The notes beneath the pieces were generated by a model that saw only the letters and a list, made by a program, of their open reading frames with translations, did not search any database and was not told where the DNA came from. A DNA stretch of 64,000 bases from Candidatus Kaiserbacteria bacterium RIFCSPHIGHO2_01_FULL_46_22. GTDB lineage: Bacteria > Patescibacteriota > Minisyncoccia > Phycocordibacterales > UBA918. The stretch's first letter is position 1. Each line of letters opens with the position of its first letter. Positions 1 through 9,763 of the stretch are shown piece after piece. The translations under genes and the position numbers were made by a program. The stretch is from NCBI GenBank assembly GCA_001779595.1, contig MFKO01000002.1, positions 22,279 through 86,278 on the forward strand, written 5' to 3'.

Positions 1-50
1 ATCTTACAACTCGTTCGGTAGAATTTGTTGAGGTACTTTAGTTCCCAAGT

Positions 51-102
51 AAATTCCAACTTCGTCCAGACGGCCAGTAACAGCTTTTTAGTCTTATTTC
101 CA
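51..102 (+). repeat. Copy 1 of a ~50-nt intergenic repeat (core ...cgtccagacggccagtaacagctttttagtcttattt...), upstream of the peptidase S51 gene
   Basis: About 45/51 identical to 1706..1758 by eye; ends in GGCCAGTRACAGCTTTTTAG. Confidence 0.6.
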
Positions 103-128
103 GCTTAGATTCAGTTCGAGTCTTAGGT

Positions 129-728
129 TTGTTATACTCTCTGCACATGACTAAATATATCCTTCATGGTGGGTACACTAGTCCGGACAACGAATTGAAC
201 CGTACTTTCTACGAAGAGATTGCTCGTGATGTTCCAGATGGAGGCACAATATTACTTTGTTACTTTGCTTCTAAAGATGAAGACAACTCCCGAAGGTTTC
301 AAGAGGATAGTCAAAAACTAAGGGAGCAATCTCATGGTAAGACTTTCAAGTTCATACTTGCAAGCGAGGAAGACTTTTCTGAACAACTGAAGCAATCAGA
401 CGCTCTTCATATACGCGGAGGTAGTACCCCTAAACTTCTTGGGATATTGAATAAATATCCTGATCTCAAGGAAAATCTGAAAAATAAAACAATATCAGGA
501 TCTTCCGCCGGAGCATATGCAATTGGCGCTTATAGCGCTTTTCATGACGATGAATCTGGTGGGAAAATACGCAAAGGAGTCGGGCTTCTCCCAATAAGAG
601 TGGTTTGTCATTACGAAAGTAAAGACTTGCCCCCAAACCCAGAAGCATTAACCTCTTTAATGGAAATGGAGCAAGCACTTGATCTGGTGCTACTCAAAGA
701 CTTTGAATGGAAGGTGTTTAGAGTTTAA
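129..728 (+). CDS. Peptidase family S51 (dipeptidase E / cyanophycinase-like) protein
   Basis: IRGGSTPKLL (GGNT-like motif) and ISGSSAGAYA (GxSAG nucleophile motif); 199 aa. Confidence 0.6.
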   Translation: MLYSLHMTKYILHGGYTSPDNELNRTFYEEIARDVPDGGTILLCYFASKDEDNSRRFQEDSQKLREQSHGKTFKFILASEEDFSEQLKQSDALHIRGGSTPKLLGILNKYPDLKENLKNKTISGSSAGAYAIGAYSAFHDDESGGKIRKGVGLLPIRVVCHYESKDLPPNPEALTSLMEMEQALDLVLLKDFEWKVFRV

Positions 729-741
729 TAAAATTTTTACT

Positions 742-1665
742 ATGAATATGAAATGGCTTCTTATTGCGCTTGGCGCGATCATCGTACTCTTCGCGGGCTT
801 CTTTGCTTTTAACTCCTATATTTACAACGAGAAGCAGGCAGATACGGCAACCGATTATAAAAATGCTGAATATATTATCGACGGACAGCGCGTGAAGCTT
901 GAAGACGGCTTGGCCGAAATCGAAGCGGCACCTGGCTCCGCGTCAAAGATTGTTACTCGTTACTTCGGCAATGAGGTGATCCGAGACCTAAATGGTGACG
1001 GACGCGATGATGTTGTTTTCATTTTGACACAGCAGTCAGGTGGTAGCGGCACTTTCTTCTACGTTGTTGCGGCCCTTAATACTGAGGATGGATACATCGG
1101 ATCGGAAGCGTATCTTCTTGGCGATCGCATCGCTCCCCAGACCACGGAGCTAAGTCAGAACCCGAATCACCAGAATGTCATTGTCGTAAACTATGCAGAT
1201 CGTGCATCCGGCGAGGCTATGACAGTAGCACCTTCTGTGAGTAAGAGTGTATGGCTTAAACTTGATCCGGCCGCGATGCAGTTCGGCATAGTGGAACAGA
1301 ATTTCGAGGGCGAAGCTGAGCCTACTCGTATGTCGCTCGTTATGAAAGATTGGACTTGGATTTCAGCGCTCTACGAAGACGGTCGCAGTATTGAGCCGAA
1401 CCAACCTGATAGCTTCGTTCTTTCCTTTGACGAAGACGGCACTTTTTCTGCAACCACGGATTGTAACGGCGTGGGTGGAAAATATACTGTCAGTGGGAAT
1501 TCCATTTCATTCGGCGAGATGGTTACGACTTTGATGTTCTGTGAAGATTCAAAAGAGACTGAATTTCATCAGATTCTTGAAAACACAGCAGGGTACCACT
1601 TCACTTCGCGCGGCGAGCTGATTCTCGATCTTAAATTCGATAGCGGAACGGCGACGTTCAGATAA
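742..1665 (+). CDS. Membrane-anchored META/HslJ-like (DUF306) domain protein
   Basis: N-terminal TM helix (MNMKWLLIALGAIIVLFAGFF); C-terminal ...TTDCNGVGGKYTVSGNSISFGEMVTTLMFCEDSKETEFHQIL... typical of the META domain; ATG at 742 preferred over the ORF-track start at 679, which overlaps the upstream gene. Confidence 0.55.
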   Translation: MNMKWLLIALGAIIVLFAGFFAFNSYIYNEKQADTATDYKNAEYIIDGQRVKLEDGLAEIEAAPGSASKIVTRYFGNEVIRDLNGDGRDDVVFILTQQSGGSGTFFYVVAALNTEDGYIGSEAYLLGDRIAPQTTELSQNPNHQNVIVVNYADRASGEAMTVAPSVSKSVWLKLDPAAMQFGIVEQNFEGEAEPTRMSLVMKDWTWISALYEDGRSIEPNQPDSFVLSFDEDGTFSATTDCNGVGGKYTVSGNSISFGEMVTTLMFCEDSKETEFHQILENTAGYHFTSRGELILDLKFDSGTATFR

Positions 1666-1705
1666 TGTGGATAAAGAAGGTGGTTTGAGCAAGATTTAGT
1701 AACAA

Positions 1706-1758
1706 AAATTCTAACCTCGTCCCAGGCGGCCAGTGACAGCTTTTTAGGCTTATTTTTC
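1706..1758 (+). repeat. Copy 2 of the ~50-nt intergenic repeat, upstream of the 1791 gene
   Basis: Aligns to 51..102 with about 6 mismatches or indels. Confidence 0.6.
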
Positions 1759-1790
1759 AACGCAAATTACAAAGGTTGCGGTAGGTATTC

Positions 1791-2726
1791 ATGCTAAGAT
1801 TTACGAATATGTTATTAAAAATCACAGGCTCTATACTGCAAGGTTTTGGTCTACTCTACTTCCTCTTGTTCTCAGTTGGTGCTAGCGCGCTTAGCTTGTA
1901 CACATTATTTACAGGTCAATCTGGTGCTGTTACTACTGAACTCGGAGGTCTACTCACCGTACTTTCATTTTTTGGAGCAGTTCCTTTAGGGCTCCTTGTT
2001 GTTGGTTTTATCCTTGTAAAGAATGCAACGGGCAACTCCTACTTTCCCAATAAGGCGTTTGAAACTGTCGGCAAGCTTGCTTTTGTACCTATAAGTATTG
2101 CCCTCGGCAGCTCTTTTTTTATTATTACAGTTCCTTTTCTTATCTATACTTTTTATCGGTACAAAATGGGTGTAGAAACTAACACCGTACGTTTTATTAA
2201 GTGGGCGGTAAAAGACTGGTACATTACACTTTTTATCTATGCCGTTATCGTTGCCTGTACGGCGTTCTTCTTGTTTATTCAGGAGCCACCAACGCAAAGT
2301 AATAATGTGATTACAGAACGCGCTTACGATGTTTCCGAAACTGTGGTTGACTCAGAGCCAACAGATATGAAAAAGGAGTTTGCTAATGAGTACAGCATCA
2401 AAATCTCTAGCATTGATGATTCAAAACTTTATACTCTCGAATCTTCAATTCCAGTTACTTGGAACCTCTCAGGTGAATCTAAGTATCCTAATGTTGATGT
2501 ATGGGTGGGGTTTATGTTAGTTGATGCGGAAACTGGCGAAGAATTTTTTATAACAGATGCTTTATGGGACGAAAGTAGAAGTGTGAACGTTTCCCTGAAG
2601 GAAGCCGTAAGCGGTTCTAGCGTAATTGATACCGGTAAATATCAACTAAAAGCATACATATATGGCTCAGATCAACGCGAGTATCCTTCCGTGCTTAGTA
2701 ATCAATTCAATGTTGTTGTGAATTAA
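1791..2726 (+). CDS. Hypothetical polytopic membrane protein with C-terminal soluble domain
   Basis: Several hydrophobic helices in the first ~170 aa; no recognised domain. Confidence 0.4.
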   Translation: MLRFTNMLLKITGSILQGFGLLYFLLFSVGASALSLYTLFTGQSGAVTTELGGLLTVLSFFGAVPLGLLVVGFILVKNATGNSYFPNKAFETVGKLAFVPISIALGSSFFIITVPFLIYTFYRYKMGVETNTVRFIKWAVKDWYITLFIYAVIVACTAFFLFIQEPPTQSNNVITERAYDVSETVVDSEPTDMKKEFANEYSIKISSIDDSKLYTLESSIPVTWNLSGESKYPNVDVWVGFMLVDAETGEEFFITDALWDESRSVNVSLKEAVSGSSVIDTGKYQLKAYIYGSDQREYPSVLSNQFNVVVN

Positions 2727-2787
2727 TTCAGCCGCCACACTCTCGTTCCAGACAGACAAAAAAAGATCGCCATCATGATGATGGCGA

Positions 2788-3396
2788 TCAAATCCTGGAA
2801 TGCTCTAAGTAACTCAGAAATTTCTTATATTCTGGAGATGTACGCGACCACGGGAAGTAGTAAACGCCGTTTAGTAGGCAGTAGTCCGCCTTTCCTTGGC
2901 CGACATTTACCAGCACCGCGGTCCTGATAGTTGCGCCTTGAAGCGCTTCACGGCCAACCTCAAGTGTCAGACCTTTTGCTACAGCATCGTCTACGAGTAG
3001 TACCCGTTTGCCTTGGATGAACAGTCTGCTTGATTCACTTAGCCCCTTCTGCAAAACAGGTTTGGTAAACCTAAAAAGTATCCACCGAACTGCCAGTCTG
3101 AGAATAGACGGAAGTCTATTAATAAAGGGCATGTTGTAGATATCTCTGCAGACGTAGATGCTTAGGTGGGGGAGGCCTAATATTCTTGATATTTTTTCGC
3201 CTACGTATCGTCCACCGGTATCAATGCTTACGATGCATTCTGGCTCAAAGGTCTCGGTTGCGTAAGCAAGAGCCTTGCAGAGCGAATCGACTTTGAGAAA
3301 CGTAAGTTGTTTACTTCGAAACAACAACATGGACCCGCTCCTTTCTAACGAGAACTGACTAAGACATAAAATGTCACTCTGCCTTAAGTCTGTCAA
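2788..3396 (-). CDS. Phosphoribosyltransferase (type I PRTase) domain protein
   Basis: VLLVDDAVAKGLTL PRPP-binding-like motif. Confidence 0.5.
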   Translation of the reverse strand: MTDLRQSDILCLSQFSLERSGSMLLFRSKQLTFLKVDSLCKALAYATETFEPECIVSIDTGGRYVGEKISRILGLPHLSIYVCRDIYNMPFINRLPSILRLAVRWILFRFTKPVLQKGLSESSRLFIQGKRVLLVDDAVAKGLTLEVGREALQGATIRTAVLVNVGQGKADYCLLNGVYYFPWSRTSPEYKKFLSYLEHSRI

Positions 3397-3459
3397 GCAA
3401 GGCGGGCGTAACCTCGTCTGGGGCGGTCATCCGTGTGAACCTTTTGCTATACTTTTTAA

Positions 3460-3852
3460 ATGGTCAAAGAAATAAAGTCATATAACACAGCTCAGTCTAA
3501 AGAGGACAAAAAGATTTGTAACCTTCTTGCTGAGGTTATTGATACAAATCTCAAGAATGCTGAAAACAAAATTTGGCATCGACATCCGGTGTGGTTTCTT
3601 GAAGGCAACCCTATTGTTGGGTACAGCAAACTTAAAGCGGGTGTTCGGCTGATGTTTTGGAGCGGCGCTGACTTTGACGAAGATGAATTGAAGGTTGGCA
3701 CAGGAAAGTTCAAGGACGCTTCCATCAACTATACCGACGTGAATCAAGTCAGTGAGTCAGATCTAAAACGATGGTTGAAGAAAGCGGTGAAGATCCAGTG
3801 GGACTATAAAAATATAATAAAGAGAAAAGGGAAACTGGAGAGATTAAAATAA
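3460..3852 (+). CDS. DUF1801 (YdhG-like) domain protein
   Basis: Pattern ...NAENKIWHRHPVWFLEGNPIVGYSKLKAGVRLMFW... resembles DUF1801; 130 aa. Confidence 0.4.
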   Translation: MVKEIKSYNTAQSKEDKKICNLLAEVIDTNLKNAENKIWHRHPVWFLEGNPIVGYSKLKAGVRLMFWSGADFDEDELKVGTGKFKDASINYTDVNQVSESDLKRWLKKAVKIQWDYKNIIKRKGKLERLK

Positions 3853-3954
3853 ATTTCTTCATGAAGATTTTTAAATAAGAGAAAACCGTAAGGTCAAGAC
3901 ACTTCATGTAAATTACATGATAAAATTATTGTCAAAGAGGCACGGATTAAGCAA

Positions 3955-3978
3955 GCAGTGCTCCGGCACTGTTTTTTA
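3955..3978 (+). terminator. Rho-independent terminator
   Basis: cagtgc-tccg-gcactg hairpin followed by TTTTTT. Confidence 0.55.
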
Positions 3979-4019
3979 GTTGCTTCTGGATTAGAAATCG
4001 CAGTACAAAAAATAAAATC

Positions 4020-4901
4020 GTGATGAAAGAAGAACATACGCGGACCATCGACTTATCAACTATAATCGGTTTGCGTAATTGGAGCCTAGTGCTCCTATTG
4101 GCGGCAGCTTTGTTTGTGGGATTGCCTGGTGTTGCTGGGGCAACCACGGCTGCAAGTGTTGGCAGTGATTTTTACTACAACTTCAATTCATCTGGCACTT
4201 TGAATGAGTCAGGTAGCATGGATGAAAGCAATAGCCCTTACTTCTATCTAAATTCCGGCGGTCAATTCCTGATAGAAGGGGGTGTGGGCAAGACAATACA
4301 AGACGAATTGGCAGAGTCTACCCAGACTTACTTACTCTATGCTTTGTCTAACGCTCTTGATACTGACGGAGGTCATCAGCCGCAGAATCTATTCAGACTT
4401 TTGACCAGATCGAAGTGGGAAGACGCGTCTAATAAAGTGAGTTGGCGAATAACTGACTTGAACTTATCCTCGTCACCAAACCGCGATGGTCATAACGGCA
4501 TACTGTTGTTCAGTCGTTACCAAGATCAAGATAATCTTTACTATGCTGGTGTTCGAAGTGACGGCTCGGCAATCATTAAAAAGAAGATTGGCGGCACATA
4601 TTACACCTTGGCGAGTGTGCAGGTATTTGGCACTAAAGGAAAGTATGATCGTGATACCACGCCGTCGTTGCTACCTTTAGAGAGGTGGACTGGTATGAAG
4701 CTCGAAACTTACAACCTTAAAAACGGAGGGGTTAGGCTACGCTTGCTCTTGGATAGAGAAAATGATGGATCGTTTGTTTCGATACTGTCAGCAGATGACA
4801 CGGGGTTAAATGGAAATGCCTTTACCGAAGCAGGATATAGCGGAATAAGAACGGACTTTATGGACGTGGAATTCGATAACTATCGCTTGACTGGTATGTA
4901 G
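4020..4901 (+). CDS. Hypothetical secreted/membrane-anchored protein
   Basis: N-terminal hydrophobic segment LVLLLAAALFVGLPGVAGA; no recognised domain. Confidence 0.4.
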   Translation: MMKEEHTRTIDLSTIIGLRNWSLVLLLAAALFVGLPGVAGATTAASVGSDFYYNFNSSGTLNESGSMDESNSPYFYLNSGGQFLIEGGVGKTIQDELAESTQTYLLYALSNALDTDGGHQPQNLFRLLTRSKWEDASNKVSWRITDLNLSSSPNRDGHNGILLFSRYQDQDNLYYAGVRSDGSAIIKKKIGGTYYTLASVQVFGTKGKYDRDTTPSLLPLERWTGMKLETYNLKNGGVRLRLLLDRENDGSFVSILSADDTGLNGNAFTEAGYSGIRTDFMDVEFDNYRLTGM

Positions 4902-4915
4902 CAGAAGATAAAAAA

Positions 4916-4946
4916 CGCCCGGCCGCAAAGCGGCCGGGCGTTTTTT
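4916..4946 (+). terminator. Rho-independent terminator
   Basis: cgcccggccg-caaag-cggccgggcg perfect hairpin followed by TTTTTT. Confidence 0.8.
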
Positions 4947-5004
4947 GCAGTCATTCTAGGCCTATAAATATAGCCTAAGCGGATTATGTTAAAATTAGCT
5001 CACT

Positions 5005-5928
5005 ATGAAATATCTAGTTATTGCAGTTGTAGTGATCTTAGTTCTCGGTGTGGGAGGGTTCTTTGTCTACAAGAACATCGCCAATCGTGCAGACATGGAG
5101 AATGATCGAGCATTTGAGGAAGCGAAGCCTGATACAGCAGCAGAACAGGAAAAAACAGTGGACGATACCAAAACGGTTATCGGTAAGTCAGCAGACGGAC
5201 ACGAGATAACTGCGTATCACTATGGTAAGGGAGACACGAATCTTCTATTTATCGGTGGTATTCACGGCGGTTACTCATGGAATACCGCTCTCGTTGCATA
5301 CGAACTGATGGAATATCTTGAAAAGACTCCTGATGCTATTCCAGAGAATATGCGCGTGACAGTTATTCCAGTTATGAACCCTGATGGACTTAATACCGTC
5401 GTTGGAACCACAAGCCGCTTCTCTATGGCGGATGTTCCAGAAGAATCGGCAGACACTATACCGGGACGTTTTAACTCGAATGAAGTAGATCTCAACCGAA
5501 ACTTTGATTGTGATTGGCAGGCGGAGAGTAAATGGCAGAACCGCACAGTGAGCGGTGGCAGTGAAGCTTTCTCTGAGCCGGAGAGCAAGGCAGTGCGTGA
5601 CTTTATCGCAACAAGCAGTCCGGATGCTGTAGTGGTTTGGTACAGTTCTGCCGGCGGTGTATTTGCATCAAATTGTCACGATGGTGTATTGGCCGAGACG
5701 ACTGAGTTGACGAGCTTGTATGCGGAAGCTTCTGGATACCGCGCGTTTAAAGAATTTAATTTCTACGAGATCACTGGCGATATGGTGAACTGGATGGCAA
5801 AGCAGGGAATCCCAGCCATCAGCGTGCTCCTCACTACTCACCGCGATGTCGAATGGAACAAGAACCGAGCTGGTATTGAAGCGCTATTCAAACACTATTC
5901 CGATGAATCTGCCGACCTTCCTGAATAA
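5005..5928 (+). CDS. M14-family zinc carboxypeptidase-like protein, membrane-anchored (paralogue 1)
   Basis: N-terminal TM; GGIHGGYSWN, PVMNPDG, EVDLNRNFDCDWQ motifs. Confidence 0.6.
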   Translation: MKYLVIAVVVILVLGVGGFFVYKNIANRADMENDRAFEEAKPDTAAEQEKTVDDTKTVIGKSADGHEITAYHYGKGDTNLLFIGGIHGGYSWNTALVAYELMEYLEKTPDAIPENMRVTVIPVMNPDGLNTVVGTTSRFSMADVPEESADTIPGRFNSNEVDLNRNFDCDWQAESKWQNRTVSGGSEAFSEPESKAVRDFIATSSPDAVVVWYSSAGGVFASNCHDGVLAETTELTSLYAEASGYRAFKEFNFYEITGDMVNWMAKQGIPAISVLLTTHRDVEWNKNRAGIEALFKHYSDESADLPE

Positions 5929-6793
5929 AAAAGTTGTCACAGCAGGATTAATACTGCTAGTGATTTGTGTTGGTGTTTTCGTATTCTTCTTTAAGCAGAC
6001 GGAGGAATATATTCCTCAAGTTGTGAATGAACCAGAGGAAGCAATTACAGTTCGACACGAGGTTATAGGCACATCCGTTGAGGGTCGTACTATCGACGCT
6101 TACACTTATGGCGATGGTGAAACACATCTTCTGTTTGTGGGTGGAATCCACGGTGGGTACGAATGGAACAGTGTCGTGCTGGCATACGAAATGATGGATC
6201 ATTTTGAAGAAAATCCAGAGCTTATTCCGCAAAATGTGTCGGTCACTATTGTGCCCTCTGCCAATCCAGACGGTCTCTTTGCTCGGGTTGGTATAGAAGG
6301 CCGCATTACTTCACTCGACGTGCCAGCTGAAACAATAAGTGGCGAGGGACGGTTCAACGCCAATGATGTTGATCTTAATCGCAACTTCGACTGCAAGTGG
6401 CAGCCTGAAAGTATGTGGCGTGGAAAAGTTGTGAGTGCTGGAACAGCTGCATTCTCAGAACCGGAGGCGCAGGCTATACGTGATATCGTTTCTGCAACCA
6501 ACCCTGTGGTTGTGGTGTTCTGGCACAGTCAGGCAAATGCTGTTTACGCATCGGAATGTGAAGAGGGAATTTTGTCTGGCACGCGAGCGGCGATGAATGT
6601 GTATGCAACTGCCGCGGAATATCCGGCAGTGGATGTGTTTGACAGCTATCCGGTCACTGGCGATGCAGAAGGCTGGCTGGCGTCGATCGGCATACCGGCG
6701 ATTACAGTAGAATTGGCGACTCATGAAAGTACTGAATGGAGCCGGAATTTGGCCGGCGTGATTGCGCTAATAGCGTCTTATAAAGGAAACTAA
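5903..6793 (+). CDS. M14-family zinc carboxypeptidase-like protein, membrane-anchored (paralogue 2)
   Basis: Same motif set (GGIHGGYEWN, PSANPDG, DVDLNRNFDCKWQ); ATG at 5903 (MNLPTF...) chosen; overlaps the stop of paralogue 1 by ~26 nt in another frame. Confidence 0.55.
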   Translation: MNLPTFLNKKVVTAGLILLVICVGVFVFFFKQTEEYIPQVVNEPEEAITVRHEVIGTSVEGRTIDAYTYGDGETHLLFVGGIHGGYEWNSVVLAYEMMDHFEENPELIPQNVSVTIVPSANPDGLFARVGIEGRITSLDVPAETISGEGRFNANDVDLNRNFDCKWQPESMWRGKVVSAGTAAFSEPEAQAIRDIVSATNPVVVVFWHSQANAVYASECEEGILSGTRAAMNVYATAAEYPAVDVFDSYPVTGDAEGWLASIGIPAITVELATHESTEWSRNLAGVIALIASYKGN

Positions 6794-6826
6794 CGTTATC
6801 CGTTGGTGGTATATACTTGATTTGTA

Positions 6827-7249
6827 ATGCAAGAATTCTTTAGAAAAATATACGATTTTTTTGAAACTCTCCCTGATCGTCTTTATCCTTTTGCGAGTGA
6901 GATAGAAGGACGTTGGGTTAGAGGAAGGAGGTCTTACCTGCACGCGCTCAATCATGCTGTTCTAACTTATGGCCCGCATCGGTTTGGTTACAAGCTGACC
7001 GTCTATCGCGCTACTTTTCATTTTCTTGGAGCTGTATTATTTATCATATTTGCGGCGTTGATATCTCAAAAACTCCTTGGCAGTGAGGCGGCGCTTTATG
7101 TCCTGTTGGGTGCAGCAATAGTTGCGTTATTTCTTCAAGAATTTCATTTTCATCCAAAGCGGTACGGACAATCCAGACAAAAAGGCGTCATCGACTGGCT
7201 TACGTGGGTAATTCCAATGGTGGTCTATATTTCTATCCATACGTTATAG
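6827..7249 (+). CDS. Hypothetical small membrane protein
   Basis: Two or three hydrophobic helices; no recognised domain. Confidence 0.35.
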   Translation: MQEFFRKIYDFFETLPDRLYPFASEIEGRWVRGRRSYLHALNHAVLTYGPHRFGYKLTVYRATFHFLGAVLFIIFAALISQKLLGSEAALYVLLGAAIVALFLQEFHFHPKRYGQSRQKGVIDWLTWVIPMVVYISIHTL

Positions 7250-7309
7250 AGTCCGAGCAGGTGATTCATACGGTACTGTGAGAAACATCAATAACATTCA
7301 AATAAAAAA

Positions 7310-7344
7310 GCCGGGCGCGTGAGCGTCCGGCGTATTGTTTTTTT
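7310..7344. terminator. Rho-independent terminator (possibly bidirectional)
   Basis: gccgggcgc-gtga-gcgtccggc hairpin (one mismatch) followed by a T-run; sits between convergent ORFs. Confidence 0.65.
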
Positions 7345-7575
7345 GTCGATTCGTCACATCCGGCTCACATAGTGTCGCAATGCCGGAGTATATTCGGTCG
7401 ACATTTCCGCAAACACGACCGCGCTTATTACGAGACTGGCGCCTAGTGCGACCAAGATCAAGTTTCTCATTGGATTCCTCCTGACTTTACTCAGTACACA
7501 CCCGTTCATTGGTTGTGTCAAACACGGTAGTAATAAAAAACCATCGATCACTTCAGACTTAACCTCCATCACCGT

Positions 7576-8550
7576 ATGTTAAAATCGTGGCTAATGAAGA
7601 ATCTACTTCTCGGCATCATTGGATCCTGCGCGGTTGTTTGTATTACATGGTATCCAGCTACCGCTTCGGCCGTGATTTCGGTGCAAAATGAATCTTCACG
7701 CGCTGTCAGTGTTGCTGATGAGAAAAAAATACAAGATGCAACTGTAAATCTTTATTGTCGGACAAAGGTCGGCAACAAAGAAGTCAGCTCAACCGGTAGT
7801 GGCGTACTGATAGATTCTCGGGGCATCATTCTTACAAACGCTCACGTGGCCCAATATTTTCTCTTAAACGGTAAGGATTCGAAACTGACAGCTAATTGCA
7901 GTGTACGCACCGGTTCTCCGGCAAAAACGAGCTATAAAGCAGAAGTACTCTATATGCCAAAGAGTTGGCTGACGGAAAATGCTAGTAAATCAACAAAAGA
8001 ATTTTCTAAGAGCACTGGAGAAAATGATTTTGCCATACTTTACATTTCTGATGCAGAAAAAGGTGAGCTTCCAGAACAGTTTCCAACACTCGCACTTGGT
8101 ATCCTTGTACAGCTGAAGAAAGATGACGCCGCCACTGTGGCGGGGTATCCAGCCGGTAGTCTAAAATTCAATGATGTACGTAATAAATTAAAATTTCTTT
8201 CGGCCAGTACTACGATCACTACGACACAATCTTTTCAGTCCGGCACGGTTGATTTGATCAGTCTTTCTCCTTCCAAAGTAGCAAGTGCTGGAGTTTCAGG
8301 TGGTCCAGTGGTGTCGTCGAGTACTGTGATTGGTCTTGCGACCACTATGGGTACATCAAAAAAGAAAGAAGGAGCGAGCCTGCGTGCCATTACAGTTCCT
8401 TATATTGATAGGGTAGTGCGTGCGGAAACAGGTTTGTCGCTAATGTCTATATACAGCACAGATTTATCCAACCGGGCAGCGACTACACGAGCTGGCCTAT
8501 CAGCCAAAATGTTTACAGCTATCGAAAAACGTCTTCGGGCCACTAGGTAG
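7576..8550 (+). CDS. Secreted trypsin-like serine protease (S1 family)
   Basis: ILTNAHVA (His motif) and GVSGGPVV (GDSGGP-like Ser motif); N-terminal signal/TM. Confidence 0.55.
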   Translation: MLKSWLMKNLLLGIIGSCAVVCITWYPATASAVISVQNESSRAVSVADEKKIQDATVNLYCRTKVGNKEVSSTGSGVLIDSRGIILTNAHVAQYFLLNGKDSKLTANCSVRTGSPAKTSYKAEVLYMPKSWLTENASKSTKEFSKSTGENDFAILYISDAEKGELPEQFPTLALGILVQLKKDDAATVAGYPAGSLKFNDVRNKLKFLSASTTITTTQSFQSGTVDLISLSPSKVASAGVSGGPVVSSSTVIGLATTMGTSKKKEGASLRAITVPYIDRVVRAETGLSLMSIYSTDLSNRAATTRAGLSAKMFTAIEKRLRATR

Positions 8551-8617
8551 TTTTTTTTAAATAGTGCCTGGTTGACGTTGACGTAGTGCAGTAACCGGAC
8601 TTTAATGGATTGAAGTT

Positions 8618-9166
8618 ATGACTTGGATTGAAAGACACTATAGGCTACTTGGGGTTATTGCAGTACTCGTTACCTTAAACGTTTTTTTATTTTTTCTAGG
8701 ACCGCAACAAGTAGTGGATAGTATCGGTGTTAGTAATACTTATCTTATAGTTTTTATTATCGCCACTGTGGGCGGGATGTCCTCCTTCACCGGCGCTACT
8801 TACGCAAGTGCAGTAATTACCTTTACTGCAGGTGGCGCCAATCCTTGGCTGATTGGTCTGTGTGGAGGGGTGGGCGTGTTCATTAGTGACAGTCTGTTCT
8901 ATCTGTTAGCTGAATATGGCCGTCGCGTGGTGCCTCACGACTGGAAGCCAACGCTAGAGAGGGTAGCGAGAAAGATGCGGGTGCTCCCCACCAAGACGGT
9001 GCTTCTTTTAAGCTACGTATATCACTCGTTGCCACTTCCAAGTGATCTGATGATGTTAGCGCTTGTGCTGGGTAAATATAGCTATCGCACAGTAGCGCCG
9101 GTAATTTTCTTGGCCGCGCTAACTTATTCAATTTTGATAGCCCACTTCGGCAGCCTGTGGTCCTGA
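8618..9166 (+). CDS. Hypothetical membrane protein
   Basis: Multiple hydrophobic helices; no recognised domain. Confidence 0.35.
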   Translation: MTWIERHYRLLGVIAVLVTLNVFLFFLGPQQVVDSIGVSNTYLIVFIIATVGGMSSFTGATYASAVITFTAGGANPWLIGLCGGVGVFISDSLFYLLAEYGRRVVPHDWKPTLERVARKMRVLPTKTVLLLSYVYHSLPLPSDLMMLALVLGKYSYRTVAPVIFLAALTYSILIAHFGSLWS

Positions 9167-9178
9167 TTGATCAGTGTC

Positions 9179-9207
9179 TTGACAAGATTGCAATAACGGG
9201 TTAATTT
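9179..9207 (+). promoter_or_regulatory. Sigma-70-like promoter (TTGACA-17 nt-TAATTT) preceding the GC-rich cassette
   Basis: TTGACA at 9179-9184, 17-nt spacer, TAATTT at 9202-9207; a perfect 8-bp hairpin (ctttggcg-acag-cgccaaag) follows at 9214-9237 in the 5' UTR. Confidence 0.45.
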
Positions 9208-9253
9208 ATTGTCACTTTGGCGACAGGCGCCAAAGAAGATGAGGAGTTCTTCA

Positions 9254-9655
9254 ATGACCAAGACCACGCTGCCCCTGTATGCACTTTTGATCTCGACAGT
9301 ATCGTCCGTCGATGGTTCGCCCAAGTCGCTCGAGGACGCGAAGTTCGCGGCGAAACTCGCCGCCAACGGCGAAATCCCGGCCGACAAGCTGCCCGAAGTT
9401 GCGAGTGCCATCGACCAGCAGCTCGGCATGATCGCCGGCGGTGACGGCATCCATGTATGCGAAGCTCACCAGATGCTGATGCAGGCACGCGCGAGCATCA
9501 GCGGCCAGGTCGATTTCTACAAGCAGCAGCTCGATATGTTCGACGATGACAACCAGCTTTCGCTCGGTATCGACAACAAGCTCGGCGCGGCCGCCAGCAT
9601 CATGCCGACCGCCGGCATGATCCGCGATGGCGCGGTGCATCATCCCGCCGAATGA
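9254..9655 (+). CDS. Orphan 133-aa protein encoded in a GC-rich island
   Basis: GAGGAG, 7-nt spacer, ATG; strongly GC-rich third positions unlike the flanks; no family recognised. Confidence 0.4.
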   Translation: MTKTTLPLYALLISTVSSVDGSPKSLEDAKFAAKLAANGEIPADKLPEVASAIDQQLGMIAGGDGIHVCEAHQMLMQARASISGQVDFYKQQLDMFDDDNQLSLGIDNKLGAAASIMPTAGMIRDGAVHHPAE

Positions 9656-9688
9656 TCGGTCCTTGACAGCATTCGCTGTCGCATAACA

Positions 9689-9728
9689 GAGCCTTTCCCG
9701 ATACGTTATCGGGAAAGGCTCACTTTTT
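9689..9728 (+). terminator. Rho-independent terminator
   Basis: gagcctttcccgata-cgt-tatcgggaaaggctc perfect 15-bp stem followed by TTTTT. Confidence 0.8.
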
Positions 9729-9763
9729 AAGTCATACACAAACAAAGGGAGGAGGTGTTTAAA

